A DNA stretch of 47,909 nt, counting the filler, from Catajapyx aquilonaris (lineage: Eukaryota): assembly GCA_000934665.2 (NCBI GenBank). It is 2 parts of 2 records of this genome, joined end to end, with 100 filler letters (N's around TTAATTAATTAA, not from the genome) between each part and the next. Parts side by side here need not be neighbours in the genome. Positions count along the whole stretch, not along the records: positions 1 to 23,900 come from JYFJ02005605.1; positions 24,001 to 47,909 come from JYFJ02005606.1. One strand, given 5' to 3'. The position numbers and the translations under genes were made by a program. The notes under the pieces were generated by a model. It was given only the letters and a program-made list of their open reading frames with translations. It had not been told where the DNA came from and did no database searches. This document shows, piece by piece, positions 13,400 through 24,993 of this stretch; within the stretch, counting starts at the first letter, position 1; the number at the start of each line of letters is the position of its first letter.

Positions 13400-14409
13400 T
13401 AGTATAATTTTGCCTTGGAATACCTCAGGACCCAAGTCTGAGAGGAAGTGCGAACGTATTGTAATATCCTGTATATATGTCAGTACAGTATTTCAGTCCA
13501 TATATTGGCCAATCGTAATATGCTGTATACTAAGGATGTGTAGTTTCGCCATTTGATATCATAATACGCACTGTATCAGTCATCAGATTACTTCCGTGTG
13601 GTCGGATTTAAAAGCAATAAAATATTATTGACACAGGTCATACGCAATGTTGCTTGGAATGATTTCAACACTAAAGGAGCACTTTTATAATTATCATATT
13701 GTATATGGAAAGAAGTATATTACCTCTGATTTATACAAGCATAATGTGCCCGATCATGCATGATAATAAATAACACATAATGGTACAATTTTGAGAAAGA
13801 TTATGATGACTGACTTACTACGTCGGCTTCTTATAAGTGAATAATGTGTGCACAGTAGCTTGATTTGTGCAGTGGAAACGGTCATGGAAAATTACGGCCA
13901 TAATATGGATGGCATAATTACTTATCGCATCATCTATCTTGAACCTTGCCTGCCTACCGTAATATTATTTTCCGTCCATGTAATCCAGTTCCACGGCAGA
14001 GACTATATGCCAAGGAGAACCTGTTTGTTCCACGTGGTGGTCACGAGGAATTAAAGAGCGAAGGTCACGATAACCACGTTCAATGATATGTTGCTGTATA
14101 AATCTTTAGGACTTTGTAAACAATGAATTAGCCTTTCGCACCTCCAGGCTATACATGATATGGTACACATTGTTGCATATGAATGACGGTGGTCGATAGT
14201 TCTAACTTACCTGCCCTATGTCTCTTCATTGTTCGTATGGAGTCGAGATATTGTCACTTCTTTAAAAGTGTGAAAGTACTACAACTTTTAAGTTCTATTC
14301 ACTTCTATCGATTCTATTACATGCATCCTCAAACCCCCATTAGATATAAGAAATTGACACAACTTACCGGACAGCAGAAGGGCTAATATACGGAAGTGTC
14401 GGGGGTGGT

Positions 14410-14795
14410 TCAGGTGCTGTGACCCCCTGGTCGGCCTGATGACGCGTTGGACGACGGGAGCCTTGCAGCAGCTGCATGGAGGACGTCGGGGACACCACGG
14501 GAGGCGAATATTTGGTGGTAAGCGGCAGTGGTGGCCCAGGAAGCCGCCGCTGCCGCTGCTGCTGCGGTTGTCGATGACGAGGTTGTCGTCGACGGAACAG
14601 AGGTGGAGGGTACGTTGGAATTGGCCAGGGCCGAAAAGGTTTGCCCGCCAGCCAGCACCACTTGAGATGGGTGGTGTTGAAAGTAGGCTGCCGTCGGGTA
14701 GTTATAGTAGTAGTTATAGTATGCGGGCGGGTAGGTTGCGCCGGCTGCACGCCGGGCGGCTTCTTGGAAAGCCATAGTGCGAAGTTCCATTTGAG
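14410..14795 (-). CDS. dsx: doublesex-type gene, terminal coding exon (Tyr/Pro/Ser/Ala-rich C-terminus)
   Basis: Acceptor attccatttgcag| joins the OD2 exon in phase 1, giving ...SSRIME-AQMELRTMAFQEAARRAAGATYPPAYYNYYYNYP...GGHST*. From recollection, this resembles the AQ.ELR.MA..EAAR...YY continuation of Daphnia/chelicerate-type Dsx. GC-rich island in AT-rich flanks. Confidence 0.82.
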
Positions 14796-16166
14796 CTGCA
14801 AATGGAATCACTGTGGCCTGATGTTATGTTCGCTCTGCAGAATGATACTGGTTATATAACTATGGTAAAGAGTCAGTTCATGAGTCGGTGGTTATGAGAA
14901 GGGCTCAAGTCCAAGCACTTATATTTTTAAGCAGACAAAACCTGATATAATTATTTGTTTATTTATAACACTTATTAAATTCCCTCTAGGCATTCGGACA
15001 GTAAGACCCGGAATCATATGTTACCCTCTAAGTACCCTCTAAATTGTGACGTGGTTAGGTTGCTGTTGGACTTGTCCCCTTTTCATTCCAACCGCTTGTT
15101 CAACTTGTTCCCTGACCTGTTTTGCAATGTAATATTCATGGAGAAAGTAGACAAAATGTAACAAGTGAAGACCTTTGATTAGATAATGAACGACAGCATT
15201 TATTGCACATCATCAGATGTACCAGTGACTTTCAAATATGCATAGAACTGTGAATCTCGAGTACCGTGATGTCTCAGTCCTTCCAGATGGACAGCAGAGA
15301 ATGCCCTGTCAATAATAATTACGACTTTCAGAATAATTCAATAGATTCATGTGACCTCTCTGATATTTATATTACCTCCAAATGACGGTCTCATGGAAAG
15401 TAGTATTGGTCCATTCATGGCAGGATGCGTATGATCAACATAAACATAAAGACAGTATATAATGCATACGTTATCTAACCTATTTTAAAACCTGGCAATC
15501 ACATTGACATAATATGGACTTCGCTCCTTTCTGTATACTGCTTATGCAGTTTGAATTCTTCTGCATCACACGTTTCTATAGGAAGCCGATGGGACTTGGA
15601 AGGTTAAAAAATCATAGATCATGAAAATATCATGAAAAAATCATGTGGAAACTCTTTTGCAGCCAATAACTTAATTTGGGCAATTTTCATTCCATCGACT
15701 CACATCCGCAATACATGCAGCAGTATAGGTATTCCAGGCTGTGTGGATGTGCTATTGGTTTAAGACCTTTAATGCGTTCATTCGCTTCGCAGATCAAGAC
15801 GCCATCAAATTTCGATGCTGTTTGTTAACGCATGCATGCAAACTACTTTGAATAGCGTCTCCATTATGAATGGGTTAAATTCAGAATGAATGAGACCAGA
15901 TCCCACCAATGATGAAAGTTCAACTCCCCAGTTTCATATTTGGTATGCACTTGGGGAACGCCAGTATTGATGTAGCATAATTATACTGCAAAAAATTGGT
16001 TCCTCTATTGTCTGTTCTCCTGAATAGGTAAAGGAATCATCATGCCAGTTTTTGGTTTATAAGTTACTGTACTTGCCACCCAAGTTACAGGATCAGGCAG
16101 GGTGAAGATGTTCAAATATTATGCGCTTTGTCTCGAAAAGAAATTAATAAGGTGGCCCGTAACGTA

Positions 16167-16873
16167 TTAGGTGCAGTGAATAAATAACGAGCAGTATTTA
16201 TTGTGAAAAACCTATGGGGAATGTAATAACGCCGATTGGAAACGATAACCTTCAAACCTTAATGAAAATTATGCGCATGCGCGGATAGAGGGAGTAAGCG
16301 TCGCATCACGTAATCAGAAGGGAAGCGACCCGCCGTCGAAGAGTAATTCTTCCATAATATAATATAATGCCCATCCCCATATACAGCAAATCATCAAAGA
16401 TCTTGTGCGTAAAGTGAAGTGGAAGTCCTCTGCCATCCACCCACTACAGTACCGACCTGTTCCCCTGCGACTTTCACGGTTTTGGTGAACTGAAGAAAGC
16501 TTTGCAAGGTGGATGACATTTTGACGATGAAGCGGAGGAGGGCTTGCGGATATGGTTCCAGGAATAACCCAAGAACTTCTATGAGCAGGTCATTGTATAC
16601 CTGTGTCTCAGTGGGATAAGTGTCTAAATCATCAGGGGCAATGCTTTTGAAAAAAAATTAAATGTTACATTTATATAGCCTTCAGCTTGTTTTTTATTGA
16701 CTGGATGGAGCTTTCAGTGGGTTGCTTCCTTTTAGATCACGTGATGCGACATCTTCACCTTCTAGACGCATGCGCATAATTTTCTTTAAGGTTATCCCTG
16801 CCAATAGGTGTTATTTTATGTCCCATAGTTTTTCCGCAATAAATGCGGCTCGCTATTTATTGACTGCACCTAA
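16167..16873 (+). mobile_element. mariner deletion derivative in the dsx intron, with transposase C-terminal remnant (about 16349-16650)
   Basis: ta|ttaggtgcagt ... actgcacctaa|ta ends and about 165-nt inverted arms. Frameshifted NAHPH...HPP-YSTDLFPCDFHGFGELKKAL...WF...KNFYEQ...QWDKCLNHQGQCF* matches the mariner YSPDLAP.D motif region. Confidence 0.9.
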
Positions 16874-17021
16874 TATATTGACCCCTTTTACACTTATGAC
16901 TTCTCCGAAACATTAAAAAACTATCGGCTGTTTCACCATCAATTCTATTCACCCTGTCCACCTTATCCTCATCAGCGGATCTCCGTACCCTCCCGACACC
17001 AGTTGTCACCCTGCTAGTTAA

Positions 17022-17168
17022 GGATCAGTTACACCATTGCAATAATAGCGTCAAACCCTCGCTTGCCCTTGTGATTAATATTGTCATCAACAATGAACGT
17101 AAGTCGTAACAAATAATAGCAAGGGCAAACACATGTTTGAGGCTACACCAGCAATGGTGCAACTGAGC
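17022..17168. mobile_element. small Harbinger-like MITE
   Basis: ggatcagttacaccattgc ... gcaatggtgcaactgagc. Confidence 0.55.
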
Positions 17169-18154
17169 TTACGTCGTAATGACCTATGTATCGATTTTGT
17201 CACCTACTTAAAATTAACTACATCAGCAAACATTGATGGCATATGCATTGACATCTGTTGTAAGTTTTGGGGTAAAAATGGCCATTGACGTCACTAGTTC
17301 AACTGACGTAATATCATTTTAATGACCAATTATAATAATTCGCGTCAGTAAGCACACGTGTTATTGAAGGTTACTTACAGTCTACTATACTGTATGGCAT
17401 GTTATGGCGAAGATGCATAATAATTGCCTTATTGATGATAAATATACATGGAAGAAAAGTTCATGCAAGTTGGTAGGCTCTAATAATACATGCACAGGGT
17501 TCCATCTTTATCGACATTAAAGATTTTCGCTTTGATTTCGACATAGTGCAACACAAAAGGACGCTTTAAAATAGGCCTAGGCGAAACTGGGCAAGACTTG
17601 ACAAGTCTCACGTTCGAGTGATGGGCATATGTGGTTGTCGTTCGTCGGGGTCGCGACCAACAATCGATGAAGTCTTGCTTAGCATAATTGAAATCTGGTT
17701 GCTTCTGCGATGTTTTTAGGTACATTTTGAAATTGGATTTTATGGAAAAATGAATTTATTGCGTTGGAAAGTTGGATCAGGCTGACATGTTTCCTTGAGA
17801 GATGCTCAACAATATTCCTCACTCGTGAACAACGCATATGCGGTTTCTGTCATTATCTAGTGTGTATCACCTCAAAATGGAGCACACTAAATAATGACGG
17901 ACCAAGCTGCATGTCTTTGGTACTCTCAATCTTCGAAATTGTCTGATGAGTTTTCGTCGTAGGACACCCCGAAATGTTCATTAATGGAAACTTTTAACAA
18001 ATCCTGCGCAGTATTAACATTTGGAGAACACATTTATGTTCAGACTTGAGAAAGGCTGGTAAAATCAACAATTATAAGGATAATATTCTGCCGGACATCG
18101 TTCATTATTGCTATCGTCGAAAATGTGAAAAAAAACTATAGGTTTCCTTTCCAA

Positions 18155-18300
18155 GGGGCCGGTTGCAGCAGCACAAGATTCAGGTTCAGATAAAGCTCTA
18201 CAGTACAGTAGTCTACCTTTGTTATTAAATGTCGGCAACTATGAACTAACAATTAATAACAAATTCCTAAACCTGAATCTTACTGTGATGCAACTGGCCC
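18155..18300. mobile_element. small Harbinger-like MITE
   Basis: gggccggttgcagcagcacaagattcaggtt ... aacctgaatcttactgtgatgcaactggccc|taa. Confidence 0.65.
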
Positions 18301-18536
18301 TAAGGAGAGCATAACTTCATCGACGATTTAAAAATTTTCACTATTTTTCTGGTTTCCCCCCATCTGGTGAGCTATAGTGGGCCAGCCGACGACATAGTTG
18401 GAAACCACGACAGGACGCTAGTGTGAATTATGTTGCGTGTTCCAGCTGAGAGGATCATTAAGTAACCCACATTTTGGTACCAGGCAGTAGTTGCCCCCTA
18501 ACGCTTACTTGTATGGGCTATATGAAATCTGCCGTG

Positions 18537-18706
18537 TCAACTGAGGGAAGGAATCGTCGATGTACTGTACGTGCTTTGTGGGGCGGGGGAGGGGGGGGGG
18601 GTAGGAAACATGTACAGATGAGTCACATCTAGGTCAAACCCAACATTCAAGTATGGGACGTAATTGAGAACATGAAGGTCGTAATTGCATTGGCTCCCAC
18701 GCTCTT
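18537..18706 (-). CDS. candidate alternative terminal exon of the dsx gene
   Basis: ggattctcag| is phase-1 compatible with the OD2 donor and reads open: EERGSQCNYDLHVLNYVPYLNVGFDLDVTHLYMFPTPPPSPAPQSTYSTSTIPSLS*. Acceptor is purine-rich and weak; no homology recognised. Confidence 0.3.
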
Positions 18707-19425
18707 CTGAGAATCCTTCATGATCCAACAAAGGTGATTCCACTAATTCAATCTAATCATTGGCAACACTAATATCTCCACAAAATTGTTTGTGCATAAG
18801 GCCAGGTTGTATAACAGCAAATTATGAAAAATCTCCAATTATGTATTGGTTTCATAATCGGAATTTTTTTCCTCAATTTGAGTTTATACAATCGTCCTTA
18901 AATATGGAAGTAACTAGCAGATTAGTACAGAAATTCGGGTTAGTTTAATTTGATGGGACTTGTGGAACACACTGTGCAGTAGAAAAACACATTTGCCTGA
19001 GCCCTAGAATAAAAGATAATGCAAAGAAATATATATGCAAAAAAAAGGTGTGTGTCAAGCATATAGCGCACAATACAAAATATCAGATATAAATACAGCA
19101 TGAATAATTATAACGTCCGGAATAATGCTCCTTGTCTACGTCACTCAAGTAAGGACTATGGGCAGAAGGGGTCAGTTCAGACGCGTCTCGTAGTTTCAAA
19201 AAAAAAAACTAACCTGACCTAACCTACCTTCATGCTTTGACGAATAGTGATAACCGAAAGTTCCCACCACCATTCCGTACCCGGTCACCAATTAATACTG
19301 CAAGTCCTTGCAAAACCAGATAGAGTGCATGGATTGTATCAGTACATGTTGTTGCCACATGATTTCCCGACATGATCCAAGAATACGTTAGCGTAAACTA
19401 CCAAGGCACAGAGATAAAACCTTAC

Positions 19426-19566
19426 CTTCCATAATTCGCGATGAGGCCAACTTGGGATCAGCATGTGCGTCCTTAAGGATTACCCAGACCAGGGGAAGGG
19501 CTTCTACTGGTAAATTGAACATATCCAGAAGAGTTTGAAGAGCCTCTTTTACGCCTTCCATGTTTT
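19426..19566 (-). CDS. dsx: doublesex-type gene, dimerisation-domain (OD2) exon, 141 nt, phase 1/1
   Basis: Translates (E)NMEGVKEALQTLLDMFNLPVEALPLVWVILKDAHADPKLASSRIME, matching the Dsx OD2 pattern LL..F..P.E..PL..VILKDA.AD...AS.RI.E. Acceptor ...ttttattcatccaatgcag| and donor GAA G|gtaagg at the junction where dsx common exons end. An alternative acceptor at 19597 (ctttcag|) is possible. Confidence 0.88.
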
Positions 19567-22500
19567 CTGCATTGGATGAATAAAAGGTCAAACATACCTG
19601 AAAGACTGAATCTATGTCACTAGAGTTTTTTTTTTTTGAACTTCACGATGGGCAGGGGCTGATTTTAAAAATTGCGATAATTTTTTTGACTTTGTTCTAG
19701 AGAACATGCAAAACAGTGCCTTGTCAACATTTTATTCTTCCTGCATAAGGCCGCGATGATGTTAAATTTTCACGCTCTGAAGTTGTAATTTTCGTATTTT
19801 TTTCAGACCCCTTTATAAGGCAACCGAATAATTTGCAAGCCACGCCATTAGTCATTTCTGCCAAAAAAAAAGTTGTTAAGAGACGCCATCGTATATTGTC
19901 TCAATTTGAATTTATCTCAGCATTTCAAGGATCGTGGGATATGACTTCATTTTCAGGCGGCGAAAATTGCAGACTTCTGATTTCACAGTCTAATGCGCAC
20001 CGTACAAAGTACTGGCTCGCATCGCTGCATTAGCGACTGGCAGGACAAAAACTACCAACTGCATATCCTTTGTTTTCGCTATCTCCCCTTTTTTTCGAAT
20101 ATAGGCCTAAGTAAGAAGTTACTACGTCTCAAATCAGAATGTGACAGTTGTAATAATACGCTTGTATACCGCAACTGGAGCAACTTAATTATACGTTTGT
20201 AATGGCATATATTATGTGCGTACACTGTACGCTATATTAGTATGCAATGAACTAGTGTTTCTCAGGCCAGAGTTATAGTGGTCTGAAATTATCTATATTT
20301 ATCATGCAAAGATCAATCGCGTTGAATTTTAGTAGTTGCCATTCTGATGTCTGCATTGCATATTTATGTATCTAATATTTTGATAATTGGCGTTAATTGC
20401 TTTGAGATGTTTGAGAGACTATTCTCACTGTGAGTGGTCTAAAGTTAAAGATAAGCTTTAAACAGTGGCTTCGTGCCATTTCAACTTGCGCGGTCAAGTG
20501 GTCACCTGTTGCATGGCTGGGACAAACATGTCGATACTGAACTCAAGCTAGTTGGCTGAAATAATAGTCTGTCATATCAATTGCCGGGGACATGTGATAT
20601 AATAGTTACTTCTAACATGATGCAAAGATTAACAAGGCAGCCATAAAAATTGAATTGACTATACACTAAAAATTCGAAGCCTTCCCCTTATGCTATGCAA
20701 TATTAGTAAAACATTTTATTTGCAGCAATTGTATTGGGGGTTCGTCTGACTTGAATAGCTGCATGTGGCCCAAAGTATACATTAACATGCAAATAATCCC
20801 CCAACAAAATTTTCAGATTCTCGGGACAGTCGCGCTTTATTCCTACGCTCTTAGAAACAAAACATAACGAAAAAAAAACTGCACCCCCCCCACGTTATAA
20901 TCAGGTCTTAAAATCCTGCACGGACACTTGAATATTGTGCTTCAATGTAATCCAGCTCCTCACTCTGTATAGTGCATGTGCAATATGCAATTACTATCCA
21001 AGACTTGTGTGGGTGCCAAAAGAAGAAAAAAAAAGTCATTGATTACTCCTAAGGCAATAACAAGCATTCAGCATGAGGCCAAATGGTCCTAGAAGCTTTG
21101 CATTACTTATCTAGTAAATTGCACTATTATTATATTACTTGATATAGCCCACCTCAACAATGACCTTACTCGATAGGGCGCACACTTTATGTTGTAAGCC
21201 TGGGTAGTCTGATACGATGTGCAAGTAATTGGTGGTGAGATGTATAATTAGGGCGAATTTTAAAATATTTCCTCCCTTTCCGCCTGGAATTTGCATGGCA
21301 ACCCTGCGTGCAAAATTCAGTTGAGCGGCCCCGTCTGGGTTTATGCGTGGAAAAACCGGTCCCGTTTTGCCATGACCTTGGATTCGGTCTGAGAAGCGAA
21401 GCAGAGCAGTGTGCCAAAATATGTTGTACCTTTTAGGCAGGTGGATGACTGACACTGGCTGTATCATTGCTAATAAAAGAAAAATGTTTGGTTATGGAAA
21501 TTGTTGAAATTAAAAGTACATTCGTATTGACTGAAATGTAGTGTACACCCAGTCCCATTAGTCCCCTGAGTGTCATTGTGACCAACTGTAAATTGGTTTG
21601 ATAAGACCTTTGGAATGCAGTATGCTAAACAGAGTTGGAGGATAGAACTGGAAAGGAGGGTAAAATGATTATAATGATAGTGATTACCAACTTTCAGGTA
21701 CAAGTAGAGAATGCACCGAATAAGAAGTAACTAAATGAAGGGCTTCGCATATATGCTTCTGAACGCAGTTATTTAGGTTAGCGGGTGCATAATTTTTACT
21801 TATGTTTTAGACGCAGAGGAATTTGCATGACTGAAAATCCAGGTTGAAAAGGAAAGGGTTGGGAGTTAGTGTCTGAAGAATTAAGGCCATATCATGCAGT
21901 TTAACTTGCATTTTCAGCAATATTTTTACAGTAAGTGCAACACGCACCGTAACATACATAATTATGGAATTTGCTGTTAAAATGAAGGTTACTAAAAGCT
22001 GGAATGAGTTACAGTAATTCCTCTTGTTATATACAGTAGTATGATACGAAACCTTCCATCAGTAAAAACACGACAAAATCCAATAAATTGTAGTGTATTG
22101 TAGCAGTATGTATGTACTAGTACTTTAAATTTAATTTTTCTCCTGTAGCAGATACCTTTCTGATCACCCTGTACTCTCAAAGCTTCCATGACGGGTATTA
22201 ACTCATTTTTCCTCATTACAATCGTCCAATCATAATTTTCAATCTGTATCAAGTAATGCAAGCATTCATCCAAACGTACAGTACATAATGACCTAATCTT
22301 CCATACTCGAACACCCAAAAAAAAATCCATTTTTGCCACCACAAAAAATTACTCAGAATATTGTAACCTATTTGTATAACTAGCAGACGCGACACGAGTC
22401 AAAAGTTACATGTCGATTGAACATGACCGTATCTTCGTGTCGTACAACGTGTAGAAAATGAACGCATCTCGATGTAACATGAAATGTTTCGTATGAAAGC

Positions 22501-23900
22501 ATGCTGGCGGCGCAATGAAACAGCGCAAACCATGAATAGTGATATGGCAAAGGCTCTAATGAAAATCCTGAATCACATATTGTTACAGTGATCCGGCTTC
22601 AGGCTACACATAATTATAACAAAGCAGTAGTAGTAATAGGAAAATAATACCCCCCCCTCCCCCTCCCCATTCCATGCAACTGCAGTGCCCAATCAAGCCG
22701 CGAGTAACAATAGTTTTTTAAAAATCCCAACAACTCCCTAGTTCCAGACAGTAAAGCAGATATTTTTCCCAATTTTTGTATAAAGCTGAATACAGCGGTA
22801 GGCAAATCATAGGGCTTTCCAAGATGTATACTTTAGAGGGAAAAAATTAGAAAAAAATAGTGAGGAGATACGACAAAGTTAGTTACGTTATGGGTGACTG
22901 CCCTGAAGTCGACCATATACTTTCCCAATGAATCGTCTCATTGACGGCCAGAGTGTTGTCATTCAGACAACCTTTCTTGATATGTTGTATAACATTATCA
23001 ACTATAGAATTGATAGGGTTGGAATTAGGGCGTCTCGAGTGCACGACTGTTCATATTCCTTCCGGCAATATTTCCTAAAAATGCGTTAGTCGTCTAATGT
23101 AAATAGGAGAAAATGTATTTAAATTAATTGAAATAGTCACGCTATCGATTTGTTTTAAAGTAATGTAAGTTGTTCCTATTATGTAAGGTGAGACAGTGAA
23201 GCACATTTTTACGGTCTATTCTGATTGCGGATATCTACATTTGAAAGAAATTGTGCAATTTTTCAAATTAAAAATAGCCGGAGCAGATCCCAGTAACCTT
23301 AGATAACTCTGAATTAAATTTTATTTTGCAATGTTACGGGAACGCCTGATTGGATCCTTTCTTCCTGATCCCTTTTCTTGTAGAAAATTTGATTCTGATC
23401 AGAAAAAAAAGTTATATCTTCGCACAAATGCAAGTAACTGTGCATGACACACCACCTGGAAAATTAATATTTCTCTCAACCACAGGGCCGGAGATTATTC
23501 TAGCTGTAGGGTAAAACCACATAGTAATGGGCAGTTTAGAGTATTGGTCTGAGTAACACATGAATATCCTCAGAATTTCTTTCTGCATAAATTTTCTAAA
23601 ATGTTCATCTAATAACAGAGGATTTGCCCGTTCACATTCCATCAAATTTGTTTAAATCTGTCTGAATGCGTACGTTTATTTAAATGTACAAAATATACTG
23701 CCTAAAAGACAGTAATGGCCACCCTTACAAATAATAATGGCCAGGTGCCAAGATAGTGATGGTCATGGCAGCAAAACAATAGGATATCTAAAGTAGGAAC
23801 CTAAGGAGTAGTAGCCCACGGCTTATTACGGAGCCTCATGGAAAAATTCCGCAGTGTCGCCACCGTCTATGCGAGTTTAACATGGGAAAGCGCCACTGCG

Positions 23901-24000
23901 NNNNNNNNNNNNNNNNNNNNNNNNNNNNNNNNNNNNNNNNNNNNTTAATTAATTAANNNNNNNNNNNNNNNNNNNNNNNNNNNNNNNNNNNNNNNNNNNN
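23901..24000. other. artificial assembly spacer (44 N + TTAATTAATTAA + 44 N)
   Basis: Exactly 100 nt and symmetric, with a palindromic all-frame stop linker at 23945-23956. Confidence 0.95.
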
Positions 24001-24993
24001 CCCAACAGATGGAGAGGACCTGACCTGGACTTGACCAGATGTGACCCAGGCCAAGACGCACAGACACACTGCAACCACTTCTCTCTCCATGGCTCGATTG
24101 ATCCCCTCCTATTGATTCATCGGATTTTTATATCAATTGCCCGATACATTTTGCGGCCAATATACTTCTGTAGACATGGTATTTCCTACTGGTTCATGCT
24201 CAGAAATTAATAATCTTCAAATAAACACGTCTCCGGTTCAATCCCGCTTTACGCGACTAATAATATGCAACGAGGCAAAATTTTGGCAAAATGCGACGAA
24301 TTTATGTTCTTTCAGAATATTAAACGTGGTGATGCACAATAAGGGGTTGTCTTACCCGTCCATTTGCATGTTAAAATTGCTGACATTGACACGGTAATAT
24401 GACTATTTCCTTTGACTTCGTGAGGAAAGAAATTGCTCACTTTATCGTAATAAGCATCCATTTGGAATAAATATTTTAAGATAATCACTGCGTTGCCATG
24501 GCCGAAAAATGCTGACATGTATAGTTTTGTACGTATGTCATGTCATCACTAATTTCACTAACCTTCACTGTGATAGGATTCTATATACTCTTCGTCTCCC
24601 TTTTTCTCGTCCCTCCATTCCAATGAACATAACGTATTATGTGCATGTAAGCAGTGACACTGGAGCAATATACTTAACAGTATTGCAGTAATTCAAAATA
24701 ATTATTTTGGCGTGTCGTTATTATTATTCCCCTTTACCCTTCACTAGTGGCATCATTATTTTATATACTGGGAGTCAGTGAGAGTCCTGGTACAATTATG
24801 CCCCACTGCTACATTGTTCATTAACATGACTGGAATGTAGTACCACGGCCAGAAATTCGTCACGAAAACAAACCAAAGATGTTACAGCATATTAGGGAGA
24901 TCAATCCATGCCTTGCTTTTGAGCCACAGAATATTTATGAGAATGCAACCACTATAGTATGTTCCTTCACATGTAGTCATATCAGTAACAGCA

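Noticed and set aside
14364..14859. Overlapping ORFs in other frames and on the opposite strand
   Set aside because: Shadow ORFs of the GC-rich dsx exon.
19388..19425. Read-through ...RIMEGKVLSLCLGSLR* resembling a female-type Dsx start (EGK)
   Set aside because: The GK arises simply from the G|gtaag donor sequence; no further female-type motif follows.
21135..21467. ORFs upstream of the OD2 exon as possible dsx DM or linker exon
   Set aside because: No Cys/His DM pattern; an acceptor-like site exists near 21390 but no convincing donor or homology.
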